Positions 1-10,383 of a stretch of DNA of 64,000 bases are shown here, in pieces. Source of the stretch: Nitrospira sp. (GTDB lineage Bacteria > Nitrospirota > Nitrospiria > Nitrospirales > Nitrospiraceae); NCBI GenBank assembly GCA_047150005.1, contig AP038806.1, forward strand, positions 2,272,001 through 2,336,000, read 5' to 3'. Positions within the stretch are counted from its first letter, which is position 1. The number at the start of each line of letters is the position of its first letter. Under the pieces are notes generated by a model. It was not told where the DNA came from and did no database searches. It saw nothing but the letters and a program-made list of their open reading frames with translations. Both the position numbers and the translations under genes were made by a program.

Positions 1-117
1 GGACGATTGGGGACGCCGCAGGACATTGCCGCAGCCGTCCGGTTTCTGGTATCGGAGGAGGCGGCGTATATTACCGGGCATGTACTGCACGTGAACGGGG
101 GGATGTTGATGTCGTAA
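1..117 (+). CDS. fabG: 3-oxoacyl-ACP reductase, C-terminal fragment (5'-truncated by window)
   Basis: Frame 1 reads [38 protein letters not shown], a typical SDR/FabG C-terminus; directly upstream of acpP-fabF. Confidence 0.9.
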   Translation, partial: GRLGTPQDIAAAVRFLVSEEAAYITGHVLHVNGGMLMS

Positions 118-248
118 TCCGTGCCGGGACGAGACCAGGCCGTCGCCCAGGCGTCGAATCATCGTGCATGACAGGGCATTGCCCCGGCGGTTTCGGCCGG
201 CGACGGAAGTGAGTTCACAGTATAGTATAGAAGGAGGGTGGGACATCC

Positions 249-482
249 ATGGCAACGGTAGATGAACGGGTCAAGAAAATTATCGCCGAACAACTGGGAG
301 TCGAAGAGGACGAAGTGACGAGTGAGGCAAGCTTCGTGGAGGATCTTGGGGCCGATTCTCTCGACACGGTCGAGTTGGTGATGGCGCTGGAGGAAGAATT
401 CGGAATCGAGATCCCCGATGAAGACGCGGAGAAGATTCTGACCGTCGGGAAGGCGTTGGACTATATCAAGGAAAAGGCCTAG
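249..482 (+). CDS. acpP: acyl carrier protein
   Basis: [14 protein letters not shown] phosphopantetheine motif; AAGGAGG RBS upstream. Confidence 0.98.
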   Translation: MATVDERVKKIIAEQLGVEEDEVTSEASFVEDLGADSLDTVELVMALEEEFGIEIPDEDAEKILTVGKALDYIKEKA

Positions 483-496
483 GCGACAGGACAGGC

Positions 497-1747
497 ATGG
501 TCGATCGATCAATCAGGCGCATCGTCGTCACCGGGTTGGGATTGGTGACGCCGCTGGGTACCGGGGTGGAAAAGGTCTGGAAGGCGTTGTGTGCCGGCCA
601 ATCCGGAATCGGCCGCATCACGAAGTTCGACCCCACCGGGTACGATGCTCAGATCGCAGGCGAAGTCAAAGACTTTGATCCCGCCCAGTTCATCGAAAAG
701 AAAGAGATCAAGAAGATGGACGCGTTCATCCACTACGCGGTCGGCGCCGCGCAGTTGGCGGTGGATGATGCGGGGCTGAAAGTCGCGCCGGAGGAAGCGA
801 CCAAGGTCGGCGTGTACATCGGATCCGGCATCGGTGGCCTCGGTTCGATCGAGCATTACCATACCGTGCTCAAAGACAAGGGGCCCGGTCGTGTCTCCCC
901 CTTTTTCATTCCCATGACGATCATCAATCTGGCGTCGGGACAGGTGGCGATTCGACTTGGGGCGAAGGGGCCGAACTCCTGCGCGGTGACCGCTTGTGCG
1001 ACGGGCAATCACTGCATCGGTGACGCGTTCCGATTGATTCAGCGGGACGATGCCGATGTGATGATCGCAGGAGGTGCCGAGGCCGCGATTACGACGCTCG
1101 GCGTGGCCGGATTTGCCGCATCCAAGGCGCTGTCGTTCCGCAATGCCGAACCCACGAAGGCCAGCCGTCCGTTCGACAAAGACCGTGACGGGTTCGTGCT
1201 GGGAGAAGGGGCCGGTGTGTTGGTCCTGGAAGAGCTCGAGCACGCACGGCGTCGCGGCGCACGAGTATACGCCGAGCTTATCGGATACGGCATGAACAGC
1301 GACGCCTATCACATCACCGCGCCGTCCGAAGGAGGGGAGGGTGCCGTCAGGTGCATGGAACTGGCTCTCAAGGACGCCGGAATTCACAAAGACCAAGTCG
1401 GCTACATCAACGCCCACGGCACGTCGACCATGGCGGACGCCATCGAAACCAAGGCGATCAAGCAGGTCTTCGGGGAGCGGGCTTTTCAGATTCCCGTGAG
1501 CTCGACGAAATCCATGACGGGGCATCTGCTCGGCGCAGCCGGCGGCATCGAGGCCGTCTTCAGCGTGCTGGCGCTGCATCACGGGATGCTGCCTCCCACC
1601 ATCAATCTGGACAACCCCGATCCCGAGTGCGATCTCGACTACATTCCCCACAAGGCCAGGCCCGCGTCGGTGACCGTCGCCCTGTCGAATTCCTTCGGAT
1701 TCGGAGGCGTCAACGCGTGTCTGTTGTTTAGGAAACCCGACGCGTAG
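497..1747 (+). CDS. fabF: beta-ketoacyl-ACP synthase II
   Basis: VVTGLG N-terminus, TACATG catalytic Cys, [27 protein letters not shown]. Confidence 0.97.
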   Translation: MVDRSIRRIVVTGLGLVTPLGTGVEKVWKALCAGQSGIGRITKFDPTGYDAQIAGEVKDFDPAQFIEKKEIKKMDAFIHYAVGAAQLAVDDAGLKVAPEEATKVGVYIGSGIGGLGSIEHYHTVLKDKGPGRVSPFFIPMTIINLASGQVAIRLGAKGPNSCAVTACATGNHCIGDAFRLIQRDDADVMIAGGAEAAITTLGVAGFAASKALSFRNAEPTKASRPFDKDRDGFVLGEGAGVLVLEELEHARRRGARVYAELIGYGMNSDAYHITAPSEGGEGAVRCMELALKDAGIHKDQVGYINAHGTSTMADAIETKAIKQVFGERAFQIPVSSTKSMTGHLLGAAGGIEAVFSVLALHHGMLPPTINLDNPDPECDLDYIPHKARPASVTVALSNSFGFGGVNACLLFRKPDA

Positions 1748-1778
1748 CCGCTCATTCGCAGGGGATGCGCGGGCTCTC

Positions 1779-2486
1779 ATGACGCCCTCCAGCTCGATCG
1801 ACGCTTTGCAGGACTCCTTGGCGTATCAATTTGCGGACACGACGCTCCTGGAGGAGGCGTTGACACACTCCTCGTACATCCATGAGCGGAGGCCGATCGA
1901 CGCAGCCCATAATGAACGACTTGAATTTTTAGGCGATGCCGTGTTGTCGCTGGTGATCAGCGAACATCTGGCCTCTCAGTTGTCTCATTGCTCGGAAGGG
2001 GCTTTGTCGAAACTCAAGGCCAAGCTCGTGAGCGAATCCTCGTTGGTCCGGGTCGCCAGGCGCATCAAGTTGGGTGAGCATCTCAGACTCGGTCGAGGGG
2101 AAGAGCGATCCAAAGGGCGTGAAAAGGACTCACTGCTGTCCGATGCGGTGGAAGCGGTCATCGCCGCCGTTCATCTTGACGGAGGCTACGGCGCCAGTCG
2201 TGCGGTGACGCTGCGTCTGTTTGAGGCCGAACTCCGTTCAGCGACCGATCAGGGGACATATCCGGGGGCCGAGGACTTTAAGACCCAGTTCCAGGAGTGG
2301 TGTCAGAAACGACACGAGCTGCTTCCTCGCTACGACATCGTTCGAGAAACAGGACCGGATCACGACAAGGTATTCGAGGTCGTCGTCACGGTGAAGGATG
2401 AGCCGGTCGGTCGGGGAACGGGTCGGAGCAAGAAAGAGGCGGAACAGTCCGCCGCGCGGCAGGCATTGCAGCGGGTCGAGCGGTAG
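1779..2486 (+). CDS. rnc: ribonuclease III
   Basis: NERLEFLGDAVL signature plus C-terminal dsRBD (GTGRSKKEAEQSAA). Confidence 0.97.
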   Translation: MTPSSSIDALQDSLAYQFADTTLLEEALTHSSYIHERRPIDAAHNERLEFLGDAVLSLVISEHLASQLSHCSEGALSKLKAKLVSESSLVRVARRIKLGEHLRLGRGEERSKGREKDSLLSDAVEAVIAAVHLDGGYGASRAVTLRLFEAELRSATDQGTYPGAEDFKTQFQEWCQKRHELLPRYDIVRETGPDHDKVFEVVVTVKDEPVGRGTGRSKKEAEQSAARQALQRVER

Positions 2487-2588
2487 GCCGCGCGGGCCAT
2501 GGTATGATGATGAGCGGGTCGATGTCTTTCGCGCTGAGGGCCGACCGATGGATGAACAGGGAGGGATCGTGACCAGAGTGAGGAGGGA

Positions 2589-3197
2589 ATGATGCAGACG
2601 TGGAAGATGATGTGGAAGCGGATGATAGTCTGTTCGTGTCTCGGCGGAACCCTCATCGTGGGGGCGTGGAATGCCGAGGCCGCCGATAAGATGTCCGGCA
2701 AGGCCGACTCCGGAGCGTCGCCAAGGGCGATCATCAAGACCAAGTTCGGTGAAATGGAGATCGCGTTTTTCCCGGACAAGGCTCCCAAGCATGTCGAGAA
2801 TTTCCTCAAGCTGGCGAAATCCGGCTTCTATAACGGGACGATCTTTCACCGCGTGATTCCCGGTTTCATGATTCAGGGCGGCGATCCCAACACCAAAGAC
2901 GTGAACAAACCCGAGGCGTACGGCATGGGCGGGCCGAGCGAGCGACTGAAGGCCGAGTTCAACGACATCCCTCATCGCCGGGGCATCGTGTCGATGGCGC
3001 GCACGAACGATCCCAATAGCGCCGGCTCGCAGTTCTTCATTGTCGTCAAGGACTCGAATTTTCTGGACCATCAGTACACGGTGTTCGGCGAAGTCGTGAA
3101 GGGCCTGGACGTGGCTGATCAGATCGTCAACCTGCCGAGAAATCCCCGCGACCTTCCGACCGAGCGGGTGGAAATGACGATTACCGTGGTGAACTAG
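2589..3197 (+). CDS. cyclophilin-type peptidyl-prolyl isomerase with Sec signal peptide
   Basis: FYNGTIFHRVIPGFMIQGGDP, SMAR, SQFFI, YTVFGEV motifs; hydrophobic N-terminus with AEA cleavage site. Confidence 0.95.
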   Translation: MMQTWKMMWKRMIVCSCLGGTLIVGAWNAEAADKMSGKADSGASPRAIIKTKFGEMEIAFFPDKAPKHVENFLKLAKSGFYNGTIFHRVIPGFMIQGGDPNTKDVNKPEAYGMGGPSERLKAEFNDIPHRRGIVSMARTNDPNSAGSQFFIVVKDSNFLDHQYTVFGEVVKGLDVADQIVNLPRNPRDLPTERVEMTITVVN

Positions 3198-3211
3198 CGG
3201 AGACCGGACAC

Positions 3212-3820
3212 ATGCGGGTTCGCCGGGTCCTGTCGAAGATGATCGCGATCGTCGCGGTCGGGCTTGTCGTCGGCTGCGGCGGAAAAACGGAGGTCAAGCC
3301 GCCGCTTCCCCCTCCGGACCATGGGCCCAAGGCGATCATCAAGACCAAGTTCGGCGAGATGCACATGAAATTCTATCCGGACCTTGCTCCCAACCATGTC
3401 GAGAATTTCCTCAAGCTGGCCAGGTCCGGCTTCTACAACGGGACGATTTTTCATCGCGTGATTCCCGGTTTCATGATTCAGGGAGGCGATCCGAACACCA
3501 AGAGCTCGCTTCGCAAGGAAACCTACGGCCAGGGAGGTCCCAAGGACGAAAAGGGGAATCCGATTGTCTTGAAAGCCGAATTTACCGACACACCTCACAA
3601 GCGCGGCATCGTGTCGATGGCCCGAGCCAACGAACCGGATACCGCCGGGTCGCAGTTTTTCATCGTGGTGGAGCTTTCGCCCTTCCTTGACCGCAAGTAC
3701 ACGGTCTTTGGCGAAATTACTCGGGGGTTGGGTGTGGCGGACAAGATTGCCGGATTGCCGCGGAACGACCGCGATCTGCCGAACGAACGGGTTGAGATGA
3801 CGGTGACCATCGTCGAATGA
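3212..3820 (+). CDS. cyclophilin-type peptidyl-prolyl isomerase, predicted lipoprotein
   Basis: Same cyclophilin motifs; N-terminal lipobox-like LVVGC. Confidence 0.95.
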   Translation: MRVRRVLSKMIAIVAVGLVVGCGGKTEVKPPLPPPDHGPKAIIKTKFGEMHMKFYPDLAPNHVENFLKLARSGFYNGTIFHRVIPGFMIQGGDPNTKSSLRKETYGQGGPKDEKGNPIVLKAEFTDTPHKRGIVSMARANEPDTAGSQFFIVVELSPFLDRKYTVFGEITRGLGVADKIAGLPRNDRDLPNERVEMTVTIVE

Positions 3821-3968
3821 GCTGCCATGGGGCAGTCGACAACGATTCCCCTCCGCGTAGAATACCGAGATCCCCGCGCTCGAACGAATCCTCGTCGTTT
3901 GACTGAACCGTTCTTTGAGGCCGCCCGAGGGGCTCCCCCGGCTCGGCCGAAGCCGAGTGGGGCTGGTT

Positions 3969-4667
3969 CTAATGGTGGTGGTGTTCGCAGCCCGGTCCGT
4001 GGACGTGGGGTTCCGGGGAAGGTGGTGCAAAGGGTTGGTTCGGGAGCACGATTCGACCGGCTTCGTGCTGCTTGGTGAGATGCGCCGCGATGTCTGGATG
4101 ATAGGCGCGCACGTACCCAACGAGACCGGCCAGAAATCGCTGAGACTGAAATCCTGTGCCGGAAAAGTCCGAAACGAACCGGATCGCGCGATCCAAAACC
4201 TCGGGGGCGAAGGTTGCATCGGCGATCTGCTGAGGGTTCTGCTTTTTGAATGAGTCGTATTCGTTCTTCAGGTACTCGGCGAAGACGGGCATTGGGGCGG
4301 ACGGCACGTGAAGCGGGCTCAGCGTCCGTCGCAGGGCCTGGATCGCGGCGATAATTTCCGCATCCTGTCCGTCGCGGCGTCCTTGGAAATAACTAAAGGT
4401 GACCACTTCGACGAGGTTGTACAGGGCGACGGCCTTCTCACCCCCGAGATCCGCCAGTTGCCGGTAGAAGTCCCGCCGCAGGGGCATGAATTGCTCACCC
4501 AGCCGTTTCTGCTGGTAGTCGCTGCCCGACTCCAAATAGACGCAATCCTCAGGGCAGGCGATCCGGACGATCCGGTGCTCTCCGCAGCAGAGAGGACAGA
4601 TGAGACCGCCCAATGCCGGGCATGATCGTTTGCCCTTGCGTTGCTTGCAGTAGAGGCACTGATTCAT
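3969..4667 (-). CDS. hypothetical Cys-rich protein with C-terminal His-rich tail
   Basis: 232 aa; N-terminal multi-Cys cluster, C-terminal HVHGPGCEHHHH; ATGA overlap with upstream gene. Confidence 0.8.
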   Translation of the reverse strand: MNQCLYCKQRKGKRSCPALGGLICPLCCGEHRIVRIACPEDCVYLESGSDYQQKRLGEQFMPLRRDFYRQLADLGGEKAVALYNLVEVVTFSYFQGRRDGQDAEIIAAIQALRRTLSPLHVPSAPMPVFAEYLKNEYDSFKKQNPQQIADATFAPEVLDRAIRFVSDFSGTGFQSQRFLAGLVGYVRAYHPDIAAHLTKQHEAGRIVLPNQPFAPPSPEPHVHGPGCEHHHH

Positions 4668-5719
4668 TTACCTGAGCCTCCCGCTCCCGGTTTGGGCGGC
4701 GGCGGGACAAAGCCGTAGTCGGCGAGTGTGCGTTTTTCCTGCTTGGACTTCCCTTCCGACGGCGTTTCCAGTCCGTTCATCTCGGCTGCGTGGGCCGACT
4801 CGTAGGGTACTAAAATCAGATTGTTAGTGCGGTCGATACCAAGATCCCCTGGCGAAGGGAGATATTCGGCGATGACTTGAAATCGTTTGTCCCAGGTCAT
4901 GCGCCAGACTTTTCCCGTCGTGAAATCCGAGACGTACATGTTCGCCCACCGGTCGAAATCAACACCGCGCAAATTTGTGAATCGGCCCGAGAAAAACCCG
5001 TTGGACACCAACTCGGTTAGGTGTCCGTTCGGACTGATCTCAAAGATTTTCCCTTTGTCCCAGCTCACCACGATCAACTGTCCCGACTTGGGGTGAAGAG
5101 CCAGCCCAGTGGGACCTGCGAGCTGAGGATCGGCGAGCAAGAGCGAGACTTTTCCGGAGCCGAGGTCGACACGATAGATACGGTTGGCCCGCTGGTCTGA
5201 GCAATACAGCAAACCTTTGCCGTCAAACGCCACATCGGTGAGGGAGACGGCGGAAGCGCCGCCTGAAGCACCGGCCGAGATCGTCACGGCCGCCGTCGGT
5301 TTGCCCGTGGCGGCGTCGAACCCTCGGACGGTATCGAGATCGGCCACATACAAGGTGTCGCCGACGAGCGCCATGCCTTTGGGGGCGTGAAGTGTGGCGC
5401 CGTTCTTGCCGCCCTGGATGAATTTCAGGTTGGCCAGCTTGCCACCGGCACCGAGTTTCGTAATGAATCCGTTGCCATCGGCCTGTTCCGGATCTCCGTT
5501 GACGCTGGAGATGAAATATTGATTCCCCGCAGGTCCGCTGACGAAACTATATGGTGACTGGAGATCGACGACGGTTACCTGCGCGCCGGCTGGGTGGGGG
5601 ACAACGGTCCAGACCAGCCAGACAGAAAGCAGGGCGCCGAGGCGGCGACAGGCGAAATGAAGAAATGGGGAGATCGTGGTCACGAATCGATCGGCATGAT
5701 GAATGTGATGATGAATCAT
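4664..5719 (-). CDS. exported beta-propeller protein (SMP-30/gluconolactonase/NHL-like)
   Basis: Signal-peptide-like segment; repeated PxGxA...LYVAD/LYCSD/MYVSD blades; DGNGFITKL; start codon uncertain. Confidence 0.8.
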   Translation of the reverse strand: MIHHHIHHADRFVTTISPFLHFACRRLGALLSVWLVWTVVPHPAGAQVTVVDLQSPYSFVSGPAGNQYFISSVNGDPEQADGNGFITKLGAGGKLANLKFIQGGKNGATLHAPKGMALVGDTLYVADLDTVRGFDAATGKPTAAVTISAGASGGASAVSLTDVAFDGKGLLYCSDQRANRIYRVDLGSGKVSLLLADPQLAGPTGLALHPKSGQLIVVSWDKGKIFEISPNGHLTELVSNGFFSGRFTNLRGVDFDRWANMYVSDFTTGKVWRMTWDKRFQVIAEYLPSPGDLGIDRTNNLILVPYESAHAAEMNGLETPSEGKSKQEKRTLADYGFVPPPPKPGAGGSGK

Positions 5720-5790
5720 CGTAGCCGTGCCCTGCAGAATCTGTCAAGAAACGGCGGTGGAGGCCGTCTGAAGCCCACCGGCGCCGCACG

Positions 5791-5820
5791 TTGACTTGCA
5801 CAAAAATGCCCTGTTAAGGT
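5791..5820 (+). promoter_or_regulatory. putative sigma70 promoter of folD
   Basis: TTGACT-18 nt-TAAGGT with TGn extension, ~50 nt upstream of folD. Confidence 0.5.
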
Positions 5821-5871
5821 GCGCACGTTTGATCGAACAACTCGTCGGCTGATCGGAACGAGGAGGAAGCC

Positions 5872-6732
5872 GTGGCAGCGAAACTCATTGATGGGAAAGC
5901 ACTGGCGCAGCAGGTTCGGGATGGATTGGCGGCCGAAGCGGCGAAAGTCCTGGCCAAAACGGGATCCAAACCGGGTCTGGCGACCATCCTGGTGGGGGAC
6001 GATCCCGCCTCTCACGTGTACGTCAAGAACAAGCAGAAGGCATGCGAGCTGGCGGGCATCTATGTGGACGACCACAAATTGCCTGCCAGCACCACCCAAG
6101 CCGAACTGCTTGCCCTGATCGATAAAGAGAACGCCGATCCGAAAATCCATGGCATCCTCGTGCAGCTCCCGCTGCCGAAGCACATCGACAGCAAAGTGAT
6201 CTTGGAGGCGGTGTCTCCCGACAAGGATGCCGACGGGTTCCATCCCTACAACTTCGGTCGGCTGGTCGCGGGTCATCCTGTATTTGAAGCCTGCACGCCG
6301 AAGGGTGTGATCAGAATGATCGAGTCCACCGGCGTCACCATCGAAGGCAAACGCGCTGTGGTACTCGGGCGGAGCAACATCGTGGGCAAGCCGCTGGCGC
6401 TCATGTTGTTGCAGCGCAACGCCACCGTCACCATCTGTCATTCGAAGACGAAGGATCTGGCTGCCGTGTGCCGGGAGGCGGAACTATTGCTGGTGGCCAT
6501 CGGAAAGGCGAAGTTCGTCACAGCCGACATGGTCCGCGAGGGAGCCGTCGTCATCGATGTCGGCACGAACAAGACTCCCGACGGCAAGCTGTGCGGCGAT
6601 GTCGATTTCGAGTCGGTGAGTCAGAAGGCTGGCTGGATCAGCCCGGTGCCCGGGGGAGTCGGTCCGATGACGATCGCGATGTTGCTGGACAATACCGTGG
6701 AGTCTGCTAGGAGAATGGCAGGGATGATGTAG
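5872..6732 (+). CDS. folD: bifunctional methylene-THF dehydrogenase/cyclohydrolase
   Basis: GILVQLPLP, KDADGFHP, GRSNIVGKP, PVPGGVGPMT. Confidence 0.98.
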   Translation: MAAKLIDGKALAQQVRDGLAAEAAKVLAKTGSKPGLATILVGDDPASHVYVKNKQKACELAGIYVDDHKLPASTTQAELLALIDKENADPKIHGILVQLPLPKHIDSKVILEAVSPDKDADGFHPYNFGRLVAGHPVFEACTPKGVIRMIESTGVTIEGKRAVVLGRSNIVGKPLALMLLQRNATVTICHSKTKDLAAVCREAELLLVAIGKAKFVTADMVREGAVVIDVGTNKTPDGKLCGDVDFESVSQKAGWISPVPGGVGPMTIAMLLDNTVESARRMAGMM

Positions 6733-6900
6733 GTGTGTTCAGGGCACGGGCACCTTCTTGCGCTCGCGCCCCGCGTACGCAAGAGTCCATCACACTCGTA
6801 GGTTATGGATTGTGCTCGGTACATGCGCGCCGCAGAAGCTGCGGGTGCCTTGACTCTCCTGTATTGAGGGAACGAAGAAGATCTTGACGAGGAAAGCTGA

Positions 6901-7788
6901 ATGATTCGGGAGCCGAGGCGATTAAAAGACGTCCTTGATCGCGGGGAGTTTGCCGTGACGGTCGAGTACAACCCTCCGAAGGGGACGAACGTCGTCGGCC
7001 TGCTGGACAACGCCAGACAGTTGGTCGGCCGAGTCCACGGTGTCAATGTGACCGACAACACAGCCGCGGTGGTCCGCGCCGGGTCGCTGCCGGTGTGTCG
7101 ATTGTTATATGAGCTGGGACACGATCCGGTGATGCAGTTGACCTGCCGAGACCGGAACCGAATTGCGATGCAATCGGACCTGATGGGCGCGCATCTGCTG
7201 GGCATCAGGAACGTGCTGTGCCTGACCGGCGACTATCCCACTGTCGGAGATCACAAGGAAGCCAAACCTGTCTATGATCTGGACTCGGTCCAGGTGATGC
7301 AATTGGTGCAGGGGCTCAACGACGGCCGCGACATGGCGGGTAACAAGCTTGACGGCGTCACGGCGTTTCAGGTCGGCGCCGCTGTCACGCCCGAAGCCGA
7401 TCCGTTGGGACCGATGCTCGCCAAATTCGAGGTCAAGGTCAAAGCTGGCGCGGGATTCTTTCAAACGCAGGCCATCTACCATCCGGAACAATTTGCAAGC
7501 TTCATGACAGCGGTTCGTCCGTTCAAGGTAAAGGTACTCGCCGGTATTCTGGTGTTGCGGAACGCCAAGATGGCCGAGTTCATGAACGCGCATATTCCCG
7601 GCGTGTCCGTTCCGCAAGCGATGATCGATGAGTTGCGGGCCGCTGGTGACAAATCGGAGGACGCCGGCGTGGACATCGCCATCCGGACCATCGCGGCGGT
7701 CCGGTCCCACTGTGACGGAGTCCATATCATGGCCATCAAAGCGATACACCGGCTCGGAGAAATCCTCACCAAGGCGGGCATCGGATGA
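6901..7788 (+). CDS. metF: methylenetetrahydrofolate reductase
   Basis: NVTDN, MQLTCRDRNRIAMQSDL, LCLTGD, FFQTQA motifs. Confidence 0.92.
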   Translation: MIREPRRLKDVLDRGEFAVTVEYNPPKGTNVVGLLDNARQLVGRVHGVNVTDNTAAVVRAGSLPVCRLLYELGHDPVMQLTCRDRNRIAMQSDLMGAHLLGIRNVLCLTGDYPTVGDHKEAKPVYDLDSVQVMQLVQGLNDGRDMAGNKLDGVTAFQVGAAVTPEADPLGPMLAKFEVKVKAGAGFFQTQAIYHPEQFASFMTAVRPFKVKVLAGILVLRNAKMAEFMNAHIPGVSVPQAMIDELRAAGDKSEDAGVDIAIRTIAAVRSHCDGVHIMAIKAIHRLGEILTKAGIG

Positions 7789-8573
7789 TGAAAATCCCCG
7801 ATCTTCGGCGGTACAAGCAAGGCAAACGACTCATCGTCGTAACGGCCTACGATGCCTTGTTTGCCCGTATCGTCGAACAAGCCGGCATCGAGACGATCCT
7901 GGTCGGCGACTCACTGGGTGTCGTCGTGCAAGGCAAAGCCAATACCCTGTCCGTTTCAATGGACGAAATGCTGTACCACACGAAACTGGTCGCCGGGGCG
8001 GTGCAACAGGCCCTGGTGATCGGAGACATGCCCTTCATGTCCTATCAGGCCAGCCGGGAGGAGGCTCTGCGCAATGCGGGACGGTTTCTGCAGGTCGGTG
8101 CGCATGCGGTAAAACTTGAGGGGGGGGCGGCCGTTGTGGACCGGGTGCACGACATGACACAGGCGGGAATTCCGGTGGTCGGACATCTGGGGATGACCCC
8201 GCAGTCCGTCAATCAGTACGGCGGATACAAGGTGCAAGGAAAGGATGCGGCTCAGGCGAGGACGATGGGGCAGGACGCCAAGGCACTCGAAGCCGCGGGC
8301 GCCGTGGCTGTGGTGTTGGAGGCCGTGCCGGCGGACCTCGCCAAGTCGATCACGGATGAACTTACCATCCCGACGATCGGTATCGGCGCGGGACCTCATT
8401 GCGACGGCCAAGTTCTGGTGCTGTACGATCTGCTGGGGCTGTTCGACGACTTCGTTCCGAAGTTCGTCAAGCCGTACGCCCGCCTCAGGGCCGACGCGCT
8501 CCAGGCCCTGCGCCGTTACAAGGAAGAAGTGGAGCAAGGGAAGTTCCCTTCGGACTCTGAAAGCTACCATTAG
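7785..8573 (+). CDS. panB: 3-methyl-2-oxobutanoate hydroxymethyltransferase
   Basis: TAYDA, LVGDSLG, VKLEGG, GHLGMTPQ, IGIGAG, DGQVLV. Confidence 0.98.
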   Translation: MMKIPDLRRYKQGKRLIVVTAYDALFARIVEQAGIETILVGDSLGVVVQGKANTLSVSMDEMLYHTKLVAGAVQQALVIGDMPFMSYQASREEALRNAGRFLQVGAHAVKLEGGAAVVDRVHDMTQAGIPVVGHLGMTPQSVNQYGGYKVQGKDAAQARTMGQDAKALEAAGAVAVVLEAVPADLAKSITDELTIPTIGIGAGPHCDGQVLVLYDLLGLFDDFVPKFVKPYARLRADALQALRRYKEEVEQGKFPSDSESYH

Positions 8574-8638
8574 GATCGTAGGCCGTCCCGCCGCGCTCGC
8601 ACCTATCCAGCCGATCGGGGCTGGCAGGAGATGGGTTC

Positions 8639-9415
8639 ATGGAATGGATCGAGTGGGTCTTCACTCGAGAGTTTCGACAGTTCCTCCTGGCTCACGACCT
8701 CGTTTTTCCCCTTCTTTTTCTGGTCCGACTGATCGGCGTGACCGCTCTTGAACTGATCAGGCCGGCGAGAAAGGTCGAATACGGTCGAGTCATGCTCTAC
8801 GACTTCACCGTTTTTCTCGTCTATCAGTTCATCGTCTTTCCCGTCGCGGGATACATCGATCAGTGGATTGCGGTTCGTCCACATCTGCCGGACGCCATCC
8901 TGAATCTGCCGCTGCCGCTGCGCGTCACGGCCTACTTCGTGGTCGCGGATTTCGGTCACTATTGGATCCATCGCTTGATGCATACGGCTCCTGTCTGGCG
9001 CATCCACAAGTGGCACCACACGCCGACGTACATGTACTGGCTCGCCGGTATCCGGGCGACCATCCCGCAGCAGGTGATCGTGAATCTTCCGTACATCTTC
9101 GCCTATGCTTTCCTTGATCTCTCGCCCTGGTGGATGTACCTGGCGATCGGGATGTTCAACGCCCTTCAGAACGACTGGATGCACATGAACGTCGGGTGGA
9201 GATTCAAGTGGCTGGAATGGCTGATCGTGACACCGCGTTACCATCACATCCATCACAGTAATCGTCCCGAACATTACACAGCGAATCTCGCCGCCCTCTT
9301 TACCGTCTGGGATCGATTGTTCGGGACCTATGTCGATCCTGACGAGGTTTCGGAGCCCTTGTCGTTCGGGATCGGAGAAAAAGTGCCTCTCGCCCGTCTT
9401 GCGTTGGGCGTGTGA
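8639..9415 (+). CDS. sterol desaturase / fatty acid hydroxylase family membrane protein
   Basis: His boxes HYWIHRLMH, IHKWHH, HHIHH; WDRLFGT; TM segments. Confidence 0.9.
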   Translation: MEWIEWVFTREFRQFLLAHDLVFPLLFLVRLIGVTALELIRPARKVEYGRVMLYDFTVFLVYQFIVFPVAGYIDQWIAVRPHLPDAILNLPLPLRVTAYFVVADFGHYWIHRLMHTAPVWRIHKWHHTPTYMYWLAGIRATIPQQVIVNLPYIFAYAFLDLSPWWMYLAIGMFNALQNDWMHMNVGWRFKWLEWLIVTPRYHHIHHSNRPEHYTANLAALFTVWDRLFGTYVDPDEVSEPLSFGIGEKVPLARLALGV

Positions 9416-9434
9416 GAAGTGGGACGGCGGCAGG

Positions 9435-10244
9435 CTATCGTCTCGGACGCGGACCTTCGACCTGGAACACGGCGCGGTCCTCGAATCTGACCGCGGTCAG
9501 ATATCGGCCCCACACACATCCACTGTCGATTGCCAGATGATTGGGCTCGAGTTGCAGCCCCAAGGCGGCCCAGTGGCCGGTGACGATCGTGGTGTCCGTG
9601 CTCCGACGTCCCGGCACGCGAAACCAGGGTAAATAGCCGGGAGGAACATCCTGTGGAGCGCCGGAAAACCCGGTCATCTCGCCGGCCGGCGTACAGCTTC
9701 GAATTCGTGTCATTGCTCGTGCCACACTGGCTCGCCGCATCCGCCCCGTCAGCGACGGATGCCAGGATGGAAGCGAGGGATGAAAGAAGTCGCGGAGAAA
9801 TTCCCGATAGTCCGGCCCTGCCAACGCGCCGTCCACTTCGCCTGCCAGTTGGACCGCCTCCGCGGCCGTCCACTGCGGGAGCAGTCCGGCATGGACCATG
9901 AGTACGGACTCGTCGTGGATCAGAAGTGGACGGCCGCGCAGCCAGTCGATCAGCTCCGAACGGTCGTCGGCTTTGAGGACGTCATCGATGGTGTCTTTAG
10001 GACGCAAGGTCACGATGCCTTCCGCTGCGGCCAGCAGAAAGAGATCGTGGTTGCCCAATACGACGGACGCCGCTGCGCCGAGATTCTTGATCAGACGCAG
10101 GACCCCCAATGAATCCGCCCCGCGATTGACGAGATCTCCGACGAACCACAGGCGGTCCCGCGTCGGATTGAAGCCGATTCGGTCGACCAACTGGGAAAGT
10201 TGGGCCCGACAACCCTGCACATCTCCGATTGCGTAGGTAGCCAT
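9435..10244 (-). CDS. apaH: symmetrical bis(5'-nucleosyl)-tetraphosphatase
   Basis: YAIGDVQGC, WFVGDLVNRG, LGNHD, VHAG, GHWAALG, IDSGCVWG. Confidence 0.96.
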   Translation of the reverse strand: MATYAIGDVQGCRAQLSQLVDRIGFNPTRDRLWFVGDLVNRGADSLGVLRLIKNLGAAASVVLGNHDLFLLAAAEGIVTLRPKDTIDDVLKADDRSELIDWLRGRPLLIHDESVLMVHAGLLPQWTAAEAVQLAGEVDGALAGPDYREFLRDFFHPSLPSWHPSLTGRMRRASVARAMTRIRSCTPAGEMTGFSGAPQDVPPGYLPWFRVPGRRSTDTTIVTGHWAALGLQLEPNHLAIDSGCVWGRYLTAVRFEDRAVFQVEGPRPRR

Positions 10245-10383
10245 CAGCCGAGAAGTCGTTCGGTGCGATGATCAGCGGTCATGTTGGGATTTCTTGAGTG
10301 CGCCGTTGAGCAGACTGAGTGTCGTGAAGAGGTCGAGCGAACCAGGACCCATGTGGGGCGATCATGGAGCTGACCGCCTACCC

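Noticed and set aside
10244..10282. 12-aa upstream ORF overlapping the apaH start (TGATG)
   Set aside because: No clear RBS or informative composition; likely chance
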